Positions 57,014 to 64,000 of a stretch of DNA of 64,000 nt are shown here, piece by piece (positions within the stretch are counted from its first letter, which is position 1; each line of letters starts with the position of its first letter). Both the position numbers and the translations under genes were made by a program. The notes below the pieces were generated by a model. That model saw only the letters and a program-made list of their open reading frames with translations, had not been told where the DNA came from and made no database searches. Origin of the DNA: a virus (Duplodnaviria; Caudoviricetes). The stretch lies in IMG/VR virus record IMGVR_UViG_3300021400_000154, positions 46,615 to 110,614 of that record, one strand, 5' to 3'.

Positions 57014-57465
57014 TCGTCAGACACCTCCTCGTCATCAAGGACGATGTCTTCGTCTTCCTCATCCTCCGCAAGCGTGTCTGCGATAATGTCATCGATGTTC
57101 TCCGCCTTGGCTTTAACAAGTTCCTTGTCTGGGCCGATGGCTTCAACGTCTGCGATGTACAGCCTGACGTTGTTACCCTTCGGAATAGTCGTGCTGTCTG
57201 TGCCTTTCGCATCTGATTTTGCGATGTAGCTCAACAGTCTGGCCATGGTATAGCAGGAAGCGACCACTGTTCCGTTGTCCATCAGGAGCACGGTCTTGGC
57301 GGCGCGCCTGCCAGCAGCATTAACGAGAGTTCCTGCACGTCTCTCTTCGAGCAGGATCTTTTTCGCCTGATAGAACTTTGCTGACATGATGGCAGTGACT
57401 CGTGTCGCGCATATCTACATGCTAGGCGATACAGGGATAAACTTTATGGGCAGCATGTATCCCAT
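57010..57465 (-). CDS. RemA/DUF370-like protein; TAG at 57415-57417 read through
   Basis: KFIPVSPSM*ICATRVTAIMS...AKKILLEERRAGTLVNAAGRRAAKTVLLMDNGTVVAS matches the RemA pattern. Acidic C-terminal tail. Confidence 0.65.
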
Positions 57466-57482
57466 TGCATCAACTTCTTTCT

Positions 57483-57797
57483 TCAGAACGTAAAATCGAA
57501 GTCGGAATCTCCTCCATATCCTGTGTCAATGGTGGTTCCTGCGAATCCGTCTTCGTCGTAAGTGGTGTAGTAACCGGGAGCGGCCTCGTATGTGACGCCA
57601 CTCCTGCGGCCTTCGTTATCGATGTGGACATAGCTGGCGACAACGCCAGGATCGCTGTGCCCACTGAGTTCCATGTTGGCATTGTAGTTGTCGTAGCTGC
57701 CCGGAAATAATCCGGGCCAGCTCGTCCCAACCACGTTGCCGTACTGATCCTTGTGAATGATTTCTCCAAACAAGCCGGGCGTACTGTATGTACTCAT
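57483..57797 (-). CDS. Hypothetical Gly/Tyr/Asp-rich protein
   Basis: Short repeats of the G.S.PG.F / D..G type; coupled to dnaE. Confidence 0.55.
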   Translation of the reverse strand: MSTYSTPGLFGEIIHKDQYGNVVGTSWPGLFPGSYDNYNANMELSGHSDPGVVASYVHIDNEGRRSGVTYEAAPGYYTTYDEDGFAGTTIDTGYGGDSDFDFTF

Positions 57798-60700
57798 GCA
57801 GTTGCCTTCCTTTCTTCCTTGTCGTAATCAACCAGCCAGAAATCGTAGACTCCGTCTACGGCGAACCGCTTGCCGTCCTTGAACACGCAACGCTGGCGCT
57901 TCTCGAACTTGGCTGTAATGCAGTCGCCTTCCTTCAGCGGATCCTTGTTGAAGACACCCTTGCTGACGCGGATCACGCCTTCTGTGCCGCGCTTCATGCT
58001 GTACAGCCTGAGACGGATGCTGTACTTGTCATCCACAGACTGGACATAGAACGAATTGTTCGCGGCTTCCGGGTTGTAAGAGATGCAGCGTCCAATGTAG
58101 GCCTGTTCCGCTGCGATCTTTTCCTCAAGAGGCAGTTCTTCGTCGGGCAGCTCCTGTTCCATTGTGCGCAATGCTTCCAATCGCTTCGTTACGGTCTTTT
58201 CCACGTATGTCTTTGTCAGCTTGTTCGGTCCTTCAAAGAACTCATGGAAAAGTTTGTTCAGCTTTGCACTTCCGCCGTACTGGCTGAAGTATCCAAGCTG
58301 GATCAGGACCTGGATCTGTCTTGTGTTGATCCTGGTCTGCATTTGCAGTCTGCGGAGCACATCTACAAACAGTTTGTCTTTGTACTCACTGACAGCCTTC
58401 ATATCTCCAGCCACGTTGGCAGAGATAAACTTGATGGAACTCAAGCTCTGTGAGATGGTTTTGTTCGCCTTGTCCACATACCAGTCGTTGTTGTCCTCAC
58501 CGAACTTACCTGCCTGGACTTTGATCCCGGCATACTTCTGCATCTCCTGAGAGATGGCAGCAATCTTGTCGGTGCGGCTCTTCGCCGTGTAAAGCTTAAG
58601 CATCACGGTATAGAACTCGTAGGGGTGATGGACCTTTAGCCAAGCAGCATACAGAGAATCGCAGGCCATGCTGAAAGCGTGGGCAGCACAGAACATATAG
58701 GATGCAGCGTCGTTGATGATCGTCCAGATCTTGTCAACGATCTCTTTTGCTTCCTCATCTGTTGCGCCCTCGTCCCGCTTCAACGTTTCCGTGAAGCCGG
58801 TTTCGAATCGCTGTCTGAAGGAAGCAACCTTCTCGGCCTTTTTCTTCTTAATCGCCTTCACACAAACATATGCATCTGCAGGAGGAATACCGGCAGCCTG
58901 CAGAATTCTCAGGATCTGCTCGTCATACATCAGAAAAGAATCAGGAATCTCCTTGGTTTGCAGCAGCTTATCCAGTGAAGGAATCCCATAGGAGAACCTG
59001 TGGCGATGGATGAATGTGTCCAGCATGGACTTGAATCCTGGTCGAACGGCAGCGACAAAAGCGGCAAGCTCCACCACGTTGCGCGGTTTATAGATCATGA
59101 CGCGCTCGGTCGTCTTCTCCTTCTCCACCTGATTCAGGCCCATGGTAAAGCCCTTGGCATACAGATCCCAGACAGCCTGATCATCCTTAACTTTATCAAG
59201 CAGTTCCTGCACAGGCATAACCGGCAGTCCGCAAGCGGCAAAGGAAGCGTCAATAGTCTTGACAACATCGACTCTGAGGTAGTCCGCTTTTAGATAACCG
59301 TATGCGTCTGCGGTCTGGCCATCGATGTATGCGGCGTAGACAGGCTCTTTGCTTCCTGTCTTCGCCTTTACACGAATGATGCCAATCTCTCTGCGGATGT
59401 CTCTGTCCAGAAGAAGGTGTGCGCAAGGATGAGGCGCGATGGTAGTGACAATACCTTTGTACTGTTTGCTATCCTCAATCATTTGAAGGTACTGTGTGTC
59501 CACGTAGTCTTCAATGCGCACGTCCATTTCCGGGTCGTAGTCAGGGTCGTCCTGGTTGTTTTCTCTGGCATGCTTCAGGTCTGTCTCATAAATGCTGATC
59601 TGTTTCGAGATTTCGTTTGAAAGCTGGAAGTCCAGGTTTCTCGCTCTCGCCAGCAGCTTAAATGCGGACAGAGTTTTGCACGTGCCGTACGCAATCATGG
59701 GGAGACAGCCCCACTTGCCGAGGAACTTCTTGCCAGCATCCTCGAAGGCCTGTACGTTGGCCATGTTCAGGTCCAGGTCAGGCAAACTGCCGGATGCCAG
59801 ACGCTCCTTAGAGATAAAGCGATCCGGGAACAGACGGACAGGGCAGTGCAGACGATTAATAGAAGTAAAACCGAGAGCGTAGTTCGTGGCGAAGGACACA
59901 CCGGATCCTCTTCCTGTAGTAGTCAGTACGCCACCGTTACGCAAGCCTTCATCTACAATGTCTTTCATTGTAATGAAGTAGTCGGCTGTGCCTGTGTCTG
60001 TTACGGCGTTCATTTCCTGTCTCAGTTGAGCTGCTTCTTCCTTGTTCGGCATGCCTGCTTTTGCAATGTATCCGCTGCAGACTTCTTTCTGATACAGGTG
60101 GTTGCGCTCCTCCAGTGTCAGGTCGCGTCTCGAGTTCGGGATCTTCTTTTCTGTGGTGAAGCTGACTCCTTCACAGTCCCGCAGGATCAGCGTGTGTTCC
60201 ATGGCTTCACGAATCTGGGGTACGCTGAGCACACCCTGCGAAAGCATCATGGCATACGCTTCCTGCGCGGTAGGAAGAAACAGATCGAACTCGTCCTCAT
60301 ACTTGTTGTCGATACCGAAAGACAGGAGCTGTTCCTTGCGAAGGGCAGCATCCTCATGAGTGATGTAATGGCTGTCCGTCCCGTAGATCAGCGGAATGCC
60401 TGTCTTGCGGTAGATCTGCATGATCTTGGCGTTGTGCTTCTTTTGAATCTCCTGGGGATGGTGCTGCACCTCCAGGAAGAAGTTGTCCCGGAAGATCTCG
60501 TGAAGGGTTTCGCAGCACTTCAGGCCTTCATCATCGCTTACGGGACCGGCGACACATGCCGTGGTGCAGAGAAAGTGCTTCGGGTTCAGCCTGCCAAGCA
60601 GTTCGAAATCAATGCGCGGTTTCATGTAAAAACCGCTGAGATAGGCCTCGCTGATCATCTCGTTGAGCTCATAGAAGCCTTCCTGGTCTCTCGCAATCAC

Positions 60701-60994
60701 GACCAGATGGAAGTTACGCCTGTCCTTCAGGTCAGGATTGCGGACCGGGACAAAATAACACTCGGCTGCAGCCAGCGGAACCATCCGAAAGCTGTCATCC
60801 GAGTATTTCTTTGCGATCTCATACTGCTGCCAGACATTAGAGCGGTTACCATGCTCGCTCAGGCACAGCACATGCTGTCCTCTCTCGCGATAGACCCTGG
60901 CATACTGTTCGATGGTCATCGTAGAGTCCGGCTGAGTCAGACAGTTGGAGTACATAGAGTGACAGTGATAGTTCTCGTATTCCAGGGTGCTCAT
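57794..60994 (-). CDS. dnaE: DNA polymerase III alpha subunit
   Basis: PHP motifs (YHCHSMYS, SEHG, TDSHY), GRGSG, LPDLDLN, PHPCA, KADYL, FCAAHAFS. Confidence 0.93.
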   Translation of the reverse strand: MSTLEYENYHCHSMYSNCLTQPDSTMTIEQYARVYRERGQHVLCLSEHGNRSNVWQQYEIAKKYSDDSFRMVPLAAAECYFVPVRNPDLKDRRNFHLVVIARDQEGFYELNEMISEAYLSGFYMKPRIDFELLGRLNPKHFLCTTACVAGPVSDDEGLKCCETLHEIFRDNFFLEVQHHPQEIQKKHNAKIMQIYRKTGIPLIYGTDSHYITHEDAALRKEQLLSFGIDNKYEDEFDLFLPTAQEAYAMMLSQGVLSVPQIREAMEHTLILRDCEGVSFTTEKKIPNSRRDLTLEERNHLYQKEVCSGYIAKAGMPNKEEAAQLRQEMNAVTDTGTADYFITMKDIVDEGLRNGGVLTTTGRGSGVSFATNYALGFTSINRLHCPVRLFPDRFISKERLASGSLPDLDLNMANVQAFEDAGKKFLGKWGCLPMIAYGTCKTLSAFKLLARARNLDFQLSNEISKQISIYETDLKHARENNQDDPDYDPEMDVRIEDYVDTQYLQMIEDSKQYKGIVTTIAPHPCAHLLLDRDIRREIGIIRVKAKTGSKEPVYAAYIDGQTADAYGYLKADYLRVDVVKTIDASFAACGLPVMPVQELLDKVKDDQAVWDLYAKGFTMGLNQVEKEKTTERVMIYKPRNVVELAAFVAAVRPGFKSMLDTFIHRHRFSYGIPSLDKLLQTKEIPDSFLMYDEQILRILQAAGIPPADAYVCVKAIKKKKAEKVASFRQRFETGFTETLKRDEGATDEEAKEIVDKIWTIINDAASYMFCAAHAFSMACDSLYAAWLKVHHPYEFYTVMLKLYTAKSRTDKIAAISQEMQKYAGIKVQAGKFGEDNNDWYVDKANKTISQSLSSIKFISANVAGDMKAVSEYKDKLFVDVLRRLQMQTRINTRQIQVLIQLGYFSQYGGSAKLNKLFHEFFEGPNKLTKTYVEKTVTKRLEALRTMEQELPDEELPLEEKIAAEQAYIGRCISYNPEAANNSFYVQSVDDKYSIRLRLYSMKRGTEGVIRVSKGVFNKDPLKEGDCITAKFEKRQRCVFKDGKRFAVDGVYDFWLVDYDKEERKATA

Positions 60995-61011
60995 GATTCA
61001 CCTCTTTCCGG

Positions 61012-61925
61012 TCAGAACTTGGAGGCAGCGAGGAAGGATGCCTCTGCCATCGCCATCAGAGCGGAGTCTGCGCTCACATTCTGGGCATAAAGCAGATGCG
61101 AATCCTTGATAAAGAAAACAAACTCATCATCCAACACGAGCCTGAAGCGTTTGGCGACCTCAGGCCCGAGATTCTCAAGGATGTTCTCATTGATCATGTA
61201 GTACCTGACTTCTACGTCCTTGTTGTCAGGCTTCAGGCGAATAACTTTCTGGATCGCTTCGCAGACAATGGCCATCTGTTCTTTCTTGGTTATCATTTCC
61301 ATTCACTCCTTACTGTTTGATGTCCACAACAAGACAGGAACCACACGGCATCATAAAGAATGTTTCCTTATCCAGCAATTCAGCCGGAACACCGTACGCT
61401 TTGCCCAGATACAGCGTCTCCCCGTTCTCTTTGCGAATCTCAATGTCGCCGTAGAGGATCTCAATGATCTCAGCAATCGTCATGTTTATTCCTCCAGACC
61501 CAGCCATTCGTCCCAGTCCGCAGCATAGACACCCGAGAACCAGTCATCGCAATCCTCGAAAGGATCGTCGATGTGGCAGATCCCTTCCTTGTCGCAGTAG
61601 GGGCAGCTGCCGTACTCATAGTCGGGGCAGTAGGTCGTCTTTCCGTTGTAGGTTCCCAGTTCAGCGTTACGCATGATTCTCATCCTTTCTTATGTCACCA
61701 CATATCGCTTGCACAAGGAATGCATACGTGATATGTGTCTCCATGTTTCCAAACATCAGCGCCGTAAGGACAACTCCTTGGATCTTTAATAACATCAATA
61801 ACTTCCCATGTCTGTCGTTTAATCCAAGGATTAAAACATCCATGTTGATATGATACCGATTCGGTATCCTTGATCACATCAATGGCTTCTTGTCGTCCAA
61901 GCTTCACGATCCTTGTGTCTGCCAT
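61012..61925 (-). CDS. Four small hypothetical genes (61012-61302, 61310-~61482, 61486-61683, 61695-61925)
   Basis: Consecutive ORFs, each with an RBS. Confidence 0.55.
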
Positions 61926-61936
61926 AGTTTCCTCCG

Positions 61937-62704
61937 TTATCTCCCGTTAGGGCACTCGTCTCTGACGCTGCACAGTTCCTGACAGAAGAAGTCAGACTTT
62001 TCCTTGGAGGTGAGCCAGTCTACCATGTCACAGGCCTCAATCGCCTTGATGGTATCCTCTGCCCACTGCAGCACCTGGTCGAACGTCTGCTTCTCAAACG
62101 TGCGATCCATCAGCATGCCGCCCTCCTTGAAGAGGTTGAACATCAGCCTGTCAGGATAGGTATCATACTTATCCTTGATATAGAGGGAGTACAAGTATTG
62201 CTGCTTGTACATATCGTCCTCGTTCTTCTTGAAAGACGAGAGCGACTTGCTCTTGTGGTCCAGGATCACGAGCTTGTCGGTCTTCAGATCCTGCAGGACC
62301 ATATCGATCACGCCCACGAAGGGCCTGCCTGCGATCTCGGTGCGGAACTTCTGCTCCACACCCAGAATCTTGTAGCCGGGAAAGCCGTTGAAGTGTTCGA
62401 AGTAGCTTAGACCCAGCTGGTATGCCTTCTCGGCATAACCACGGGTAGCAAGCACTCGCGGAAACGCGGTAACCACTTCGTCAGCATAGCGGCGTTCGTA
62501 CTCCGCAGCCAACTGGTCCTTTTCCAACTGCCCTTTCGCCCACTCTTCGATCAGGCTATGGATCAGCGTGCCCTGCTCAGAGAAAGCATTGCTCTTCTGA
62601 GGGGCGCGCTCAATCCTCGCCATATAGAAGCTGAAAGGACACTCACAGAAGGAAGTCAGCTGCGTGTAGGAGTACACATGGTTGTCGGGGAGCATAGAGC
62701 TCAT
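61937..62704 (-). CDS. PD-(D/E)XK RecB/Cas4-like exonuclease
   Basis: YSYTQL..F.ECP, GTLIH, GVIDMV, ILDHKS, QQYLY, C-terminal Cys cluster. Confidence 0.85.
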   Translation of the reverse strand: MSSMLPDNHVYSYTQLTSFCECPFSFYMARIERAPQKSNAFSEQGTLIHSLIEEWAKGQLEKDQLAAEYERRYADEVVTAFPRVLATRGYAEKAYQLGLSYFEHFNGFPGYKILGVEQKFRTEIAGRPFVGVIDMVLQDLKTDKLVILDHKSKSLSSFKKNEDDMYKQQYLYSLYIKDKYDTYPDRLMFNLFKEGGMLMDRTFEKQTFDQVLQWAEDTIKAIEACDMVDWLTSKEKSDFFCQELCSVRDECPNGR

Positions 62705-62715
62705 GTCATTCCTCC

Positions 62716-63987
62716 TTACAGCATCACGGGATAGACAGCCTCCACACCTCGGTCGCTGACCAGCATACAGACCTGAGAGGGCGGGCTGAACAAACGCTTC
62801 TTCACTGTGTACTCATCGCCAGAGCCACAGACCGCACCATTGCGGATGAAGCCGGTGTGTTCAAACCGGAACTCAGGCACATGCAGATGTCCGCACAGGA
62901 TATAATCCACATGGGTACCCAGCTTGCGCTCGATGTTGGAGGCAGAAACAGACAGGTTCTTGTCCATGTCGCCATGAACAGCCACGTAAGTCTTGCCCTT
63001 AATGGTCTTAGCGACAATCGTGGTGTCCGGGCCGTCATCAGAGAAGGTCACGTTCGCCACGTCCGCCAGCTTGGCCTTGCAGTACCACGGAATCAGGGAG
63101 TCCAGCTTCTCTCCGCGAAGCGCGTCATCCGCATTCATGTCTAGCCTGGAATGGTTGCCGGAGACAGAGTTCACATAGACATCGCTGAAGTTCTCGGAAA
63201 GAACATGCAGGAAGTCGGCCACCAGTTCGGAGACACCCACCACCTGTTCGATAATGTTCTCCTTGTTCTCCACGCGGATTGCACTGTGAATCAATCCAGA
63301 AACCATATCGCCCAGCAGAGTCACATAACAGGTTTGCGCACCGTTCACGTCCGCAATGTTAATGATCTCGTAGGCATACTTCATCACCCGCTTCCGGGCA
63401 ATATCCGAGTTGTACTCCCCGCCGATGGAGGAGAAGGAGATGCCATAATGCACATCGGAAAGCAAGGCATAAACAGCCATACCGCTGTCAGGCTTCGCAT
63501 CGATGCGATCAATGACCTCGTCCGACAGCGGTTCGTACTTCTTGATCGCCCGCTCAAAGAGCTCCATCAGGTTATCCGTCCGGGCTTCTTTGCGAACAAT
63601 CCGCCGAAGGGCACTGCGCTCGTCACGGATCTGTGTGCGAAGCTTCTCCATCGCATACTCCTTGGGCGTGAGCAGGTTATCCTCACCCTTGGTATGGTCT
63701 GACTTCAGATCTTCATCAAACCAGGTGTCCAGCGGACCAACCGCATCGTCAGTAAAAGGCGAAGCCTTGAAGCGATTCATCTCGGCCTCCACCTTCATCT
63801 TCGTATAGCGTTTGCGCCAGCCGGATTCCTGCATGCCGCTGCGAAGTCCCGAGGTGGCAGCGTTCATAATGACTGCAAGCTCATCCCAGGACAGGTCAAT
63901 GATTCCGTGTTCCTTCATGGTGCCAAGCCGCCAGAGGTAATCATCTACGCTCTCGCCGGGTTGCATCATCATCAGGTCTTCGTTCAT
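62716..63987 (-). CDS. Calcineurin-like metallophosphoesterase
   Basis: SDVHYG, LGDMVSG, GNHSR, VHGD, GHLH. Confidence 0.85.
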   Translation of the reverse strand: MNEDLMMMQPGESVDDYLWRLGTMKEHGIIDLSWDELAVIMNAATSGLRSGMQESGWRKRYTKMKVEAEMNRFKASPFTDDAVGPLDTWFDEDLKSDHTKGEDNLLTPKEYAMEKLRTQIRDERSALRRIVRKEARTDNLMELFERAIKKYEPLSDEVIDRIDAKPDSGMAVYALLSDVHYGISFSSIGGEYNSDIARKRVMKYAYEIINIADVNGAQTCYVTLLGDMVSGLIHSAIRVENKENIIEQVVGVSELVADFLHVLSENFSDVYVNSVSGNHSRLDMNADDALRGEKLDSLIPWYCKAKLADVANVTFSDDGPDTTIVAKTIKGKTYVAVHGDMDKNLSVSASNIERKLGTHVDYILCGHLHVPEFRFEHTGFIRNGAVCGSGDEYTVKKRLFSPPSQVCMLVSDRGVEAVYPVML

Positions 63988-64000
63988 TCAATTCCTCCTT

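Noticed and set aside
48426-61090. Long + strand ORFs 48426-49376, 50662-51975, 54082-55293 and 59846-61090
   Set aside because: Antisense shadows of clpP, nrdD, dnaE and neighbours.
61937-62704. CRISPR-Cas (cas4) locus
   Set aside because: No repeat-spacer array or other cas genes seen; solo PD-(D/E)XK nucleases are common in phage replication modules.

Overview
This window is part of a large temperate siphovirus-like phage genome. The AGGAGG-type RBSs, DnaE, ThyX, NrdD, RemA-like gene and CCA-less tRNAs point to a Clostridia/Firmicutes host. The + strand (1-35.6 kb) carries tail morphogenesis and lysis genes. An attP-like 3' half of tRNA-Cys and a tyrosine integrase follow. The - strand then carries an array of small paralogous genes, a tRNA/ncRNA cluster and nucleotide-metabolism/replication genes. 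The key to the window is that TAG is read as sense: the fragmented ORF track collapses into intact genes that end in TAA/TGA. Read this way, 3916-20355 is one ~5,479-aa protein containing, in order: a two-barrel (YonO/RdRP-like) RNA polymerase with a GGGDVDGD catalytic motif, a PD-(D/E)XK nuclease, a long coiled coil, and a TP901-type tape-measure core. The only CUA-anticodon tRNA in the window has a tRNA-Ser body, whereas most TAG contexts look like Gln, so the amino acid assigned to TAG is unresolved. Other notable items are a tRNA-Leu(UAA) split by a group I intron, a tRNA-Ile(UAU), a ~600-nt closed-stem ncRNA (ROOL-like candidate), a -1 frameshifted tail chaperone and a 35-bp repeated promoter-like element. 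All family assignments come from motifs recognised by eye; no searches were run.
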